Shown here: one piece after another, positions 46,394 to 55,619 of the stretch | Numbering within the stretch: the stretch's first letter is position 1 | Layout of the letters: each line of letters starts with the position of its first letter | From: a virus | Lineage: Duplodnaviria > Caudoviricetes | Virus record (IMG/VR): IMGVR_UViG_3300018875_000006 | Coordinates: 1 to 63,484 of that record | Strand: one strand, 5' to 3' | DNA length: 63,484 nt | Made by a program: the position numbers and the translations under genes | The notes under the pieces: generated by a model | Database searches by the model: none | What the model saw: the letters and a program-made list of their open reading frames with translations, nothing else | Told to the model about the DNA's origin: nothing

Positions 46394-46620
46394 TGCCCCT
46401 CCCCGGCGTACTTGTCGGTCCACCAAAGGCGGTCGTCGACTGCCGCCTCCCGGACGCTGGGGCCGGCGTCGTGGGTGTCGAGCCGCTGTGCGCCCGTCTC
46501 GCGGCCGTTCTCCCCCTCCGACGGCTCTCGTTGCCCACTCGGGGGGTTGAGTCCGTCCTGGGTCCCGTTGTGGCCGTTCTCGGGCATCTCGAGGGTGGTC
46601 GGGTCGGTGGGGGTCGTCAT
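46390..46620 (-). CDS. Hypothetical protein
   Basis: HDAGPSVREAAVDDRLWW motif; ATGA overlap. Confidence 0.62.
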   Translation of the reverse strand: MTTPTDPTTLEMPENGHNGTQDGLNPPSGQREPSEGENGRETGAQRLDTHDAGPSVREAAVDDRLWWTDKYAGEGQ

Positions 46621-46862
46621 GCGGCGGTCTCCCTCTGTTCGTCGGGGATGTGGATCTGGTGGACGCCCAACTCGCCGACGGCGAGGGCGATAGCGACGGC
46701 CTGGGCGCGGTCTCGGGCACCGAGCCGCCGGTATGCGGCGGTGAGGATCTCGCCGACGGAGTGCTGGGTCACGCCGAGCCAGTCGGCGATCTCCCGGTTG
46801 GTGTTGCCGTTCGCGGCGAGCAGCAGCACCTCCCGCTGCCGGACGGTGAGGCCACGGGTCAC
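46617..46862 (-). CDS. LuxR-type HTH protein
   Basis: LTVRQREVLLLAANGNTNREIA...LGARDRAQAV. Confidence 0.87.
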   Translation of the reverse strand: MTRGLTVRQREVLLLAANGNTNREIADWLGVTQHSVGEILTAAYRRLGARDRAQAVAIALAVGELGVHQIHIPDEQRETAA

Positions 46863-47110
46863 AGCAGCCCCCCGGTGGGTACGTCGTCGGTCCCGGGCCG
46901 GGTGGGCAGCCGCGGCTGGGCGGGCGTGCACCAGGGGCAGCCGGGGACGGGCGCCGCATGGTGCTGGTCGTGGACGGTGCGCCGGCACACACACCGGTCC
47001 CGGCCAAGGACGGCGACCGCGGCGTTGGCGGCGCCGGTGACCGCCTCCGGGTCGGTCACCCCGTGCTCGGCCAGGGCGGTGGTGAGGGCGGCGAGGAGCG
47101 GGTCGTTCAC
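46859..47110 (-). CDS. Hypothetical protein
   Basis: CVC...H...CPWC; coupled ORF. Confidence 0.6.
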   Translation of the reverse strand: MNDPLLAALTTALAEHGVTDPEAVTGAANAAVAVLGRDRCVCRRTVHDQHHAAPVPGCPWCTPAQPRLPTRPGTDDVPTGGLL

Positions 47111-47303
47111 GGCGCGGCCTGGCCGGTCTGGGGCTGGGCGGGCTGCACCCCGTCGGCGGGCCGGTTCGGGTTCGTCAGGCAGGTGTCGGGGTCGACGCCC
47201 AGGCAGTTCCGGCAGGAGTGCGGCGCGTCGCCGGTCTGGTTGCTCATGGTGTTCCTCTCGGGCGGGCCGGCCACCCCGCAGGGCAGCCGGCCAGGGGCGG
47301 GGG

Positions 47304-48101
47304 TCAGGTGGCGAGCGGTCGGTTGGACCAGAGGACTTCGGTGCGGTGGCGGCTATCTCGCCGGGCGTTGCCCGCGCTGGCTGCCAGCTCCACCCGCGAC
47401 CACGCGCCGTACAGCTCGTCGTAGAGCGGCGAGTCGTAGCCGGACAGGACGACCGCTGCCTGGCAGTCGGCGAGCGCGGCGGCCAGCTCCCGGTGCTCGG
47501 CTTCCGTGCGCATCTCGTGCCGGTAGCCGGTGGCGATCCGGGTGGACCCGAGGTACGGAGGATCGACGTACAGCAGCACGTCCGGTCGTCCACCGAACGC
47601 GTCGATCAACTCCAGGGCAGGCCGGCACTCCAGCTGCACGCCCATCAGCCGCTCGGCCGCCGGGTGAAGGCGCAGCCGGTACCCGTCGAGGTAGGCGGGC
47701 ATGTTGGTGCCGATGTCGGCTTTGCAGTGCCGCCAGCCGGTGCGGTCCATGCGCCCCGACCGGCCCTGGGTGAGGCGGACCCAGACGCGGCGGGCGGTCT
47801 CCAGGTCGTTGGCGGCCGGTTCGTAGGACTGGTGGTGCTCGGCACGGGAGTGCGGGGTGAGGGCGCAGACGCGGGCGAAGTCGTCGGGCTGTTCGCGGAG
47901 CACCCGCCAGAAGGTGACGAGTTCCTGATCCAGATCGTTCACCGTCTCCAGCGGGGCCCGGTCCTTGGCGAGGAGGACGGACAGGCCGCCGGCGTAGGGC
48001 TCGACGTAGTGGCTGTGCTCGGGCAGCAGGGCGGCGATGCGGCGGGCGAGGCGGCCCTTGCTGCCGAAGTACGGGACAGGCGGCCGAACGACCGTGCTCA
48101 T
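47304..48101 (-). CDS. DNA adenine methyltransferase (Dam/D12 class)
   Basis: PYFGSK, VEPYAGG, YVDPPY. Confidence 0.92.
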   Translation of the reverse strand: MSTVVRPPVPYFGSKGRLARRIAALLPEHSHYVEPYAGGLSVLLAKDRAPLETVNDLDQELVTFWRVLREQPDDFARVCALTPHSRAEHHQSYEPAANDLETARRVWVRLTQGRSGRMDRTGWRHCKADIGTNMPAYLDGYRLRLHPAAERLMGVQLECRPALELIDAFGGRPDVLLYVDPPYLGSTRIATGYRHEMRTEAEHRELAAALADCQAAVVLSGYDSPLYDELYGAWSRVELAASAGNARRDSRHRTEVLWSNRPLAT

Positions 48102-48175
48102 CGGGTTCCTTCCGGTGGTGGGTACGGTGGGTGCTGGGCTCGGCCGCGGTTCCAGCGCGGCCGAGCCCACAGCGG

Positions 48176-48661
48176 TCACGAAGCGGGGACGGCGGGACGC
48201 GGCTCGATGTAGGTCCGTCCGCGGTTGTAGTGCGGCACCGGGTCCGGGACGGCCAGCAGGACGCGGGAGTGCGGATCCAGCTCCTCGCCGTCACCGATCC
48301 GGTAGTACTCGGGCCGGTCCTGCTCGTGCTGGGCGCGCCACTCGGCGAACTCGTCGGCGGTCAGACCTTCCGGCGGGGTCTCCCCGCCGTACCAGTCGGC
48401 CTCGATCCCGGCCTCTGCGAGCTGCGCCTCGGTCATCTCGTTGATGATGTGCTCGGTCGCGGCCTCGACCTTGTACCGGTCCGGCTGCTCGACGTGCTGG
48501 AACGCGGCGTCCAGCTCTTTGAGGCAGGCGACCATGCGCTCCTGCCACTCGATCGGCATGGACTGGAGGAAGGTGCGGGGCAGGACTAGGTAGTTGCAGT
48601 AGGACAGGCCGAAGTGCTCGTGGATCGGGCCGTCGGTCGGGTGGGGGGCGGGTGTGGTCAT
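48176..48661 (-). CDS. Hypothetical protein
   Basis: HFGLSYCNYLVLPRTFLQSMP...WQ motif; AGGAG RBS. Confidence 0.75.
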   Translation of the reverse strand: MTTPAPHPTDGPIHEHFGLSYCNYLVLPRTFLQSMPIEWQERMVACLKELDAAFQHVEQPDRYKVEAATEHIINEMTEAQLAEAGIEADWYGGETPPEGLTADEFAEWRAQHEQDRPEYYRIGDGEELDPHSRVLLAVPDPVPHYNRGRTYIEPRPAVPAS

Positions 48662-48704
48662 GGTTGCTCCTGGGTGTGGTGGGGTGGTCTGCCGTGGGGC
48701 GGGA

Positions 48705-48989
48705 TCAGGCGGCGGGCTGGTCACGCCGGTGGATGGCCGGGTTGCCGCCGCACTTGGCGCAGGTGCACTGGTTGGGTGGCGGAGTGGGGCCGGTGGCTGC
48801 GGCGCCGAGCGGCCAGCCGCCGGTGTGGGCGATCCGGTAGCCGGGGTCCGGGACCGCGGTCAGGGCCGGCTTGGCGGCTGGTGCCGGGGTAGGCCTGGGT
48901 GCCTGCTCGGCGAGGAAGCGGAAGTACTCGCGGAGGCTGCCGTCGGCGCGCATCGCGGCGATGTCTTCGACGCTGGGTTCGTTGATCAT
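48705..48989 (-). CDS. Hypothetical protein
   Basis: MINEPSVEDIAAMRADG...CTCAKC; ATGA-coupled to dnaB. Confidence 0.65.
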   Translation of the reverse strand: MINEPSVEDIAAMRADGSLREYFRFLAEQAPRPTPAPAAKPALTAVPDPGYRIAHTGGWPLGAAATGPTPPPNQCTCAKCGGNPAIHRRDQPAA

Positions 48990-50362
48990 GTCTGCGCCAT
49001 GTCGATGAAGCGGCTGTAGTGGCCCTGGAAGGCGACCGTGATCGTGGCGGTCGGGCCGTTTCGGTGCTTGCCGACGATCAGGTCGGCCTCGCCGGCCCGG
49101 GGGGATTCCTTCTCGTAGGCGTCCTCGCGGTGCAGGAGGATCACGATGTCGGCGTCCTGTTCGATCGCGCCGGACTCGCGCAGGTCGGACACCATCGGCT
49201 TCTTCTCCTGCCGCTGCTCTGGGCCGCGGTTGAGCTGGCAGAGAACGATGACGGTGATGCCGAAGTCGCGGGCGATCAGCTTGAGGTTGCGGCTGATCTC
49301 GGCGACGGCCTGCTGCCGGTTCTCGGCCTTGGGGGCCTGCATGAGCTGCAGGTAGTCGACGATGACGAGGCGCAGGCCCTGGGTGCGGACGAGGTTGCGG
49401 ATCCGGCCGCGCAGGGTGGGCAGGGAGAGCAGCGCACCGTCGTTGATCCACAAGGGGGCGGCGGCAATGTCGGGGGCCCGACGGGCGGCCCGCTGCATGT
49501 CGTCGTCGGTGGCGATGCCGTTCTTCAGGTGATGCAGAGCGATGCGGGCCTCGGCGGACAGGATCCGGTCGGACAGCTCGCTTTTGCTCATCTCCAGCGA
49601 CTCGAACAGGGTGGGGATCTTGTGCCGGATGGCGGCGCCACGGGCGAAGTCCTGCGCGACCGTCGACTTGCCCATGGCGGGGCGGGCGCCGATGACGACG
49701 AGCTGTCCGGGGGCCCAGCCGCCGCTGAGGAGGGCGTCGAGGTCCATGAAGCCGGTGGGGACGCGCTGCTCGTTGGTGGGCGGGGTGGTGGCCCGGTCGA
49801 TGCTGTCGAGGAGGAGGTCGCCGATGGGGGCCATGTCGGCGTCGTCGCCGGCGTGGACGACGCCGTCGAGGTCTGCCTGGATGGAGGCGACGTCGGTGTC
49901 CTCGTCGAAGGCCGGGGAGCTGCCCTTGAGGATGGCGTCGTAGCCGAGGGCGACGAGGCGGGCGGCGGCGGCCTTCTTGGTGATGCGGCGGGCGTACCAC
50001 TCGGCGGCGCCCGGGTGGGCCTGGCCGTACAGCTCCATGAGCTGGACGGCGGAGGGCGGACGGACGGGCATGCGGCCGTCGGCGTGCCAGGTTTCGAGCT
50101 GCCGGTGAACGGCGAGGTGGCGGAGTTCGCCGGCCTGGAACTGGGTCTGGAGCTCTTCGACGGCCCACCAGATCCAGCGGTAGACGTCGGTGGTGATGTC
50201 GGCGGGGTCGAAGTTCTCGGCGCCGAGTTCGTCGACGACGGTGGGCTGCATCATGGCGGTCGCGACGAGAACACGTTCGGCTTCGATGTCACGGGGCCGC
50301 TCGGGAAGGCCGGGGGCGGGGGCGGTTTCGTCGGCTGCCCACATGTCGATGTCGGTGGTCAC
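48986..50362 (-). CDS. dnaB: Replicative DnaB helicase
   Basis: GARPAMGKS, SLEM, IVDYLQL, QLNR, DLRESGAIEQDAD, KHRNG. Confidence 0.95.
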   Translation of the reverse strand: MTTDIDMWAADETAPAPGLPERPRDIEAERVLVATAMMQPTVVDELGAENFDPADITTDVYRWIWWAVEELQTQFQAGELRHLAVHRQLETWHADGRMPVRPPSAVQLMELYGQAHPGAAEWYARRITKKAAAARLVALGYDAILKGSSPAFDEDTDVASIQADLDGVVHAGDDADMAPIGDLLLDSIDRATTPPTNEQRVPTGFMDLDALLSGGWAPGQLVVIGARPAMGKSTVAQDFARGAAIRHKIPTLFESLEMSKSELSDRILSAEARIALHHLKNGIATDDDMQRAARRAPDIAAAPLWINDGALLSLPTLRGRIRNLVRTQGLRLVIVDYLQLMQAPKAENRQQAVAEISRNLKLIARDFGITVIVLCQLNRGPEQRQEKKPMVSDLRESGAIEQDADIVILLHREDAYEKESPRAGEADLIVGKHRNGPTATITVAFQGHYSRFIDMAQT

Positions 50363-51069
50363 GCGGCGTTCCTCCGGCGGTCGTTGCCCTCCATGGGGAT
50401 GCGCTGGCACATCTCGGCGAGTCGGCTGGTGACGCGGTCGCCGAGGCGTTCGCCGAGTTCCTTGGGCCGGACGTTGGAGGTCATGAGGGTGGGCAGGTGG
50501 TGCTCGTACCGGTGGTTGATCAGCCGGAAGTTGATCTCTTCGGTGAACTCGGTGGGCTTCCGCTCGGCGCCGAGGTCGTCGACGAGGAGCAGCCGGGCGT
50601 CGCGGTAGCGGCGGAACTCGGCCTCGGAGTCGATGCCGTGGCGGGGGCGGAGCGCGGCATACAGGTCGGCTGCGGTGGTCACCTGCCACTGGGCGTAGAC
50701 GCCGGTGACGGCCAGCTCGCGCATCGCGCCGTAAGCCTCGTGGGTCTTGCCGACGCCGGTGGCGCCGAGGAGAAGCAGCGACGGGCCGTGGGTGATGCTG
50801 GCGATGGGGGAGCCGCGCTCGGCCTGCTGTTCGCGGGCGCCGTCGATGAGCGTGTTGATCCACTCGCGCAGCTGGGGCAGCGTCGGCAGGGCGGCCCGGT
50901 AGTGGAACGGGATCAGGCGGGCGGTCTCGGCGTAGGTGTAGCGGGCGACGTTCTGCGGGCTGTGCGGGTCGAAGTCGTGGAGGTTGATCCAGTCGGCGTC
51001 GTGGCCGCGGGCGGCGAGCAGCGGGGCGACGTTGTGGCCTCGGAGGTTGTTGGGCGGGATGTACTGCAT
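50359..51069 (-). CDS. DnaC/IstB-like helicase loader ATPase
   Basis: GATGVGKT, LLLVDDLG, RVTSRL. Confidence 0.92.
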   Translation of the reverse strand: MQYIPPNNLRGHNVAPLLAARGHDADWINLHDFDPHSPQNVARYTYAETARLIPFHYRAALPTLPQLREWINTLIDGAREQQAERGSPIASITHGPSLLLLGATGVGKTHEAYGAMRELAVTGVYAQWQVTTAADLYAALRPRHGIDSEAEFRRYRDARLLLVDDLGAERKPTEFTEEINFRLINHRYEHHLPTLMTSNVRPKELGERLGDRVTSRLAEMCQRIPMEGNDRRRNAA

Positions 51070-51896
51070 CAGAAGTCCTCCTCGTAGACGGATTGGTCGG
51101 TGGGGTTGCGGTAGGGCTGGTAACCGCCGGCGACAGCGCGGAGCGGTGGGCGGCCGTTGGGGTCCGGCTGGGGCGCGAACTTGTCCTCGTAGCGGCGCTC
51201 GCGGAGCCAGTTGGCGGACTGCTTGATGAAGCGGAATTCCTGGCCGGCTGTCTCGCGGGCGTAGGCGAGGGCGGCGGCTGAGATGGCCTTGGGGTCGGCG
51301 CCGGCAAGGACAGCCTCGGTCCACGCTTCGAGGGTTCGGTCGTAGTCCTTGCTCTTCGGGTGGTGATGCCAGAAGCGGCCGAACTCCAGCTTGTCCTCGC
51401 TGCCGATCTGACGGGCAGGGGCGCCGGTAGAAGCTTCTTCTTCTACGTGGTTTCTGTGGTTCTGGTTATGGGGTCCGGTGACCGGACCCCTAGAGGTCCG
51501 GTTTTCGGACCCCTGGGGTCCGGTGACCGGACCCCTAGCGTTTTTGCTAGAGGTCCGGTTTTCGGACCCCTGCGCTTCGTCTAGAGGTCCGGTGACCGGA
51601 CCCCTGGAGCCGAAGTCGGGGCGGACGAATCCGACTGCTCCGGGGATCTTGTAGAGCGCGGGCCGGGTGCCACGCCCCTCCTCCAGGAGGTCCAGTTCGC
51701 CCGACTTCACGAGGGCATCGATGGCCGTGATGGCGGACGATCGGGCGGCGTTGCTGAACCTCACGAGTTCGGTGGTGCTGACCCGCGCCATGCCGTCGTC
51801 GCCGGTGATCCGGTTGGCGATCGCCAGCATGACGTGCCTTCCGACTCCCTTCGACTGGGAGTGGAGCCAGACCCAGTACATGGCGTCGATGCTCAC
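51069..51896 (-). CDS. Replication initiator (lambda O-like organisation)
   Basis: N-terminal wHTH, internal iterons, FGRFWHHHP...ANWL; upstream of loader and helicase. Confidence 0.83.
   Translation of the reverse strand: MSIDAMYWVWLHSQSKGVGRHVMLAIANRITGDDGMARVSTTELVRFSNAARSSAITAIDALVKSGELDLLEEGRGTRPALYKIPGAVGFVRPDFGSRGPVTGPLDEAQGSENRTSSKNARGPVTGPQGSENRTSRGPVTGPHNQNHRNHVEEEASTGAPARQIGSEDKLEFGRFWHHHPKSKDYDRTLEAWTEAVLAGADPKAISAAALAYARETAGQEFRFIKQSANWLRERRYEDKFAPQPDPNGRPPLRAVAGGYQPYRNPTDQSVYEEDF
51472..51605. repeat. Replication origin iterons (5 x 20 bp)
   Basis: GGTCCGGT(GAC/TTT)CGGACCCCT at 51472, 51495, 51517, 51552, 51586 inside the initiator gene. Confidence 0.85.
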
Positions 51897-51980
51897 GTGG
51901 ACTCTTTTCTCGGTAGCGCTGGATGGCGGCGGGTTGGGGTGGGGTGTGTCAGGGCCGGTCGCGCGGCCAGCGGCCCGCGG

Positions 51981-52931
51981 TCACTGGGTGGCCGCCCGGA
52001 TGAGTGCGGCGGCGAGCGGCGGCGGGCAGGCGTTGCCGACCTGCTGCGGGATGTCACTGCCGGACCAGGGCCAATCGGCGGGGAACCCTTGGAGCCGGCC
52101 GGCTTCGGAGGGAGTGAGCCGTGGAAGCTCGGTGCCGTCGGGGGCGACGAGCCGAAGACGGCTGATCTTTCCGGTGACGGTGAACGCCGGCTCTCGGCTC
52201 GACCGGCGTCCGCGGTTCTTCGGGTCGCCGCCGGTGCCGTAGTTGGAGATCACTTCGAACGGTTCGGGCCGGTCAAGGGCCTCCCCCATCGACACCCACG
52301 GCTTCAGGCTCGGGTCACCGTCCTGCTGCGACTGGCCGCTGTCGTAGGTGCGGTGGGTGGGGGTGGGCAGCGAAACCGGAGCGTCGAGCCTGGCCACGAG
52401 CACGGCTCGACGGCGGGTCTGCGGGATCCCGTGCTGCTCGGTGCGCAGTACGCCGGTGGCGACCTCGTAGCCTTCCGCCCGCAGGACTTCGGCGTAGGCG
52501 TTCCACACCTGCTGCACCTGCTCCAGCACTACCGCCTCGTAGCCGCAGCCGGCGTCGAGGTCGGCGAGGATCCAGCGCAGCGGTTCGAGGACGAGTCCGG
52601 TGCGTTCGTCTCCGAACACTCGTGGGTCGACGGCTTCGCGGGCGCCCATGCGCTTGACGGCTTCGATGATGTCGGCGAGGACGAGGCGTCCGGCCCCGCC
52701 ACCGGCGACGGTGAAGGTCTGGCAGGGCGGGCCCGCGGTGAGCAGGCTGGCGCGGGGGAAGTCGTTGGGCCCGTGTTTACGCACGTCGGCGTGGATGGTG
52801 GGCAGCCCGGCGGCGCGCCGGGTGGCTACGGCGTTGTCGTCCCACTCGATGCCGGCGCCGTGGATGCCCTCGGCTTGGGCTCCGGCATCGAGCCCGCCGG
52901 GCCCGGCGAAGAGGTGGATGGCCTCGGTCAC
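51981..52931 (-). CDS. DNA cytosine-C5 methyltransferase
   Basis: LFAGPGG, GPPCQ, EQV, QTRRR, QVGNA. Confidence 0.9.
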   Translation of the reverse strand: MTEAIHLFAGPGGLDAGAQAEGIHGAGIEWDDNAVATRRAAGLPTIHADVRKHGPNDFPRASLLTAGPPCQTFTVAGGGAGRLVLADIIEAVKRMGAREAVDPRVFGDERTGLVLEPLRWILADLDAGCGYEAVVLEQVQQVWNAYAEVLRAEGYEVATGVLRTEQHGIPQTRRRAVLVARLDAPVSLPTPTHRTYDSGQSQQDGDPSLKPWVSMGEALDRPEPFEVISNYGTGGDPKNRGRRSSREPAFTVTGKISRLRLVAPDGTELPRLTPSEAGRLQGFPADWPWSGSDIPQQVGNACPPPLAAALIRAATQ

Positions 52932-53794
52932 GCGGCCACCTGCTTCCGCTGCCGCGTCTGCCCGGTGCGCCACTCCTGTACGGCCTGGCGGACGGTAGAG
53001 AGGGACACCTCGCGGTTGAGCCGCTCGACGATCTCCTCGGCGCTGTAGCCGCACCAGGCCAGGTGCTCGATGTCCTCGCGGCGGAGACGCGCCCGTTCGT
53101 GGAGGTTGAGCTCGTGCTCGGCTTCGTCCGGGTCGAAGGCCGGGTCGTCGATGCGGTCGTAGTCCTCCCACCACTGCGGGTCGCGCCACCCCTTGCCTCG
53201 GGCCACGTTCTGAGTCCGGGTGGTGTGCTTGCTCGGAGTCGGCGGAGTGGCGGCGAACAGCGGGTAGATGGCCGCGATGCGGTTGGCGAGCGTGCGGCGC
53301 ACGGTGGGCTGCCGGCCGTTGATGATGAACATGATTCGGTTGGGTGACGTGTCGGCCGCTGCCGACAGGGTGGCGTAGGAGTGACCCATGACCGAGAGGG
53401 CTTGGAGGCGACGCATGCTGCCGGTGACGTCGACGTACTGGCCGGGGTCGCCTTCGACGGGGACGGCGACAGCAAGGATCTTCGCCTCGGTTTCGTGGCG
53501 GATCTTCGTGCGACTTCCGTTGTAGATCGCGATGAGGTTGCTGAACCACACGCCCGTTGCGGTTTCAAGGCTGTCCCAGCTCATGGGCTTGTGAAGCAGG
53601 TGCAGGTGGGCTTGCGCCTTGATCGGGCTGGTGAACGGGCTGCGACCGAGCTCACGGTTGATGCGGATCTGCTTTTGGTGGCGGTTGCGGGCCGTCCGGC
53701 AGGGCTTGCAGTTGCAGCGGGGCCAGCGGCCGGGACTTCCGTAGCCGCGCGCGGTGGTTCCGTGGGGCGGTCGGGGTTTGACGGCGGTGGTCAC
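52928..53794 (-). CDS. Multi-HTH DNA-binding protein with N-terminal Zn knuckle
   Basis: HGT..GY...CNCKPC; RRLQALSVMGHS; C-terminal HTH. Confidence 0.72.
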   Translation of the reverse strand: MTTAVKPRPPHGTTARGYGSPGRWPRCNCKPCRTARNRHQKQIRINRELGRSPFTSPIKAQAHLHLLHKPMSWDSLETATGVWFSNLIAIYNGSRTKIRHETEAKILAVAVPVEGDPGQYVDVTGSMRRLQALSVMGHSYATLSAAADTSPNRIMFIINGRQPTVRRTLANRIAAIYPLFAATPPTPSKHTTRTQNVARGKGWRDPQWWEDYDRIDDPAFDPDEAEHELNLHERARLRREDIEHLAWCGYSAEEIVERLNREVSLSTVRQAVQEWRTGQTRQRKQVAA

Positions 53795-53997
53795 GGGTTC
53801 TCCTTCCGGCTGGTGGTGGGCAGTACGTTGATGTGGCGGCAGACGGTGAGGGCGGCGGTGTCGCGGCCGGGCTGGTTGTCGGGGGCGGCGGGGATGCGGC
53901 GCGGGCCGGCGATGGCGTGCCACACGGCCCACACGCCGACGGTGAGAGCACCGGTGGCGACGGCGAGGGGGTAGGCCAGGCCGAGGTTGACCGTCAT
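53791..53997 (-). CDS. Small membrane protein
   Basis: Single TM helix; coupled ORF. Confidence 0.62.
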   Translation of the reverse strand: MTVNLGLAYPLAVATGALTVGVWAVWHAIAGPRRIPAAPDNQPGRDTAALTVCRHINVLPTTSRKENP

Positions 53998-54335
53998 CAG
54001 GCCGCCTCCGCCTGGTCAGCCGCGGTGCGCTTCCGGTACACGGCTATCGGGTGGCCCTTGGTGCGGGGCGACGTGGACGGCACGTAGTTGCCGGTGTGGA
54101 TCAGGTAGTTGTGGCTCATGCCGCGGAGCACGCCCGGCAGGACGCCGCCGGCCACCTCGGGCAGCTGGTCGCGGAGGTCGTTGGCGGAGACGGTGTCGTG
54201 GTCGCGCATCCAGATGAGGACGGCCTGGGCGACGACCTTGCGGTCCCAGTCGGAGGCCTGGCGGACGAGCTGGGCCAGGGTCTTGTCGCGGGCGTCGGCG
54301 GCGACCTGCTCGGCGAGAGTCAGGCGGCGGCTCAT
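53997..54335 (-). CDS. Hypothetical protein
   Basis: VSANDLRDQLP...YVPSTSPRTKGHPI. Confidence 0.7.
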   Translation of the reverse strand: MSRRLTLAEQVAADARDKTLAQLVRQASDWDRKVVAQAVLIWMRDHDTVSANDLRDQLPEVAGGVLPGVLRGMSHNYLIHTGNYVPSTSPRTKGHPIAVYRKRTAADQAEAA

Positions 54336-54580
54336 GACGCCTTCCCCTTGATCTCGGCGAGCTCCATTCCTGCCGCAGGGCTGAAGGGGACGGCTCCGAC
54401 GACGGGCCAAGCGGCGACGGTCTCGTCGGGCTCGTAGCCGGTGGAGCCCCACCGGTCGGTGACCATCCAGCGGGCGGGGTGCGGCGGGGAGGGCCAGAGG
54501 ACGGCGAGGCGCGTGCCTTCCGGTGAGCGGCGGACGGAACCGATCAGGTCGGCGAGGAGGACGGTGGGCTTCTTGGCCAT
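54332..54580 (-). CDS. Hypothetical protein
   Basis: AAGGAG RBS; MAKKPTV... Confidence 0.65.
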   Translation of the reverse strand: MAKKPTVLLADLIGSVRRSPEGTRLAVLWPSPPHPARWMVTDRWGSTGYEPDETVAAWPVVGAVPFSPAAGMELAEIKGKAS

Positions 54581-54647
54581 GAGGTGTGGTCTCCTTGGGG
54601 TGAGGGGCCGCCCGCACTGCCCGCGGGCGGCCGTTCGCGTGTGCGGG

Positions 54648-55616
54648 CTAGTCGACGAGTTCGCCTTCGACGGGCTCGTCCTCGATGTCGCTGGCTTCGG
54701 CGTCCATGCGCTCTGCGATCGCCATGAGCTGCTTGGACAGTTCGTCGCGCCCCTTCGGGTCGACGTGGCCGGCGGCGCGGGCCTTGCGCCACACGTCGCG
54801 GACGTCGTCGGAGGTGAGGGCACCCTCGGCCTCGGCGAGATAGTCCGGGCGCGGCGCCTCGATCGCAGCCACGGCCTGGCTGCCGCCCGGGTCCAGGGCG
54901 AGCGCGGTGGGCAGCGGCCCCGTGAGCGCCTGCCGCGGGGTGATGCCGCGGACTTCGACGACCACGACGGGGAAGTGCTTCGTCTGGCCGCCCGCGACGC
55001 GGGTTCGCGGCTCGATCCGCAGCGTCACCGGGACCAGGCCCTGGCCGCCGGTGCCGGACAGCACCATGTCGACGGTGCCGCCCCACTCGTTCGCGGCGTA
55101 GAAGCTGTGCGTCTCCGCCCGCCACACGCCCACGTCGGGCATGTCCGGGAGGACGACGTTCAGGCGGGATGTGGCCGCGCAGACCTTGTCCTTGCGGTAC
55201 TGGTCCTGCCGCAGCAGGTGCCAGTCCTCACCGAACTCGGCCAGGCACAGGCAGGGGCGGCGGGTGATCTGCTCCGTCTGTCCGTCACATCGCCGCTGGC
55301 AGCCGCCCTTGGTCCACATCTCGTTGTGCTGGTTCAGTGGGTCGCCGGGCGGCAGAAGGGCGTCGATCTGGCTGGCGTTGGTGATCACGCGGAACTGGGG
55401 GGCGCCGTTGCCCTGGGGCTGCCAGCATTCGACGTCACCGCCCCAGGCCTCGGCTGCCGCCTGCACGTAGTGCTCGGCGTGAGATGTCACGACCCAGGTC
55501 TTGGACTTCACCGGGCGGGGCCGCTTGTTCGGGTCGTCGTTGGGCACCGACCAGCCGGTGCGGAGCCGGCCCAGTTCGCGAGCCTGGCGCTGAAGGGTGA
55601 GGATGCGGGAGCCCAT
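54648..55616 (-). CDS. Recombination protein (Gp3-like RDF / annealase-like)
   Basis: ELGRLRTG, RRCDG, GVWRAETHS; paired with exonuclease. Confidence 0.72.
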   Translation of the reverse strand: MGSRILTLQRQARELGRLRTGWSVPNDDPNKRPRPVKSKTWVVTSHAEHYVQAAAEAWGGDVECWQPQGNGAPQFRVITNASQIDALLPPGDPLNQHNEMWTKGGCQRRCDGQTEQITRRPCLCLAEFGEDWHLLRQDQYRKDKVCAATSRLNVVLPDMPDVGVWRAETHSFYAANEWGGTVDMVLSGTGGQGLVPVTLRIEPRTRVAGGQTKHFPVVVVEVRGITPRQALTGPLPTALALDPGGSQAVAAIEAPRPDYLAEAEGALTSDDVRDVWRKARAAGHVDPKGRDELSKQLMAIAERMDAEASDIEDEPVEGELVD

Positions 55617-55619
55617 CGG

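Noticed and set aside
51472-51605. Mini CRISPR array
   Set aside because: Spacers are only 2-15 bp and the repeats lie in frame inside the replication initiator; iterons fit better
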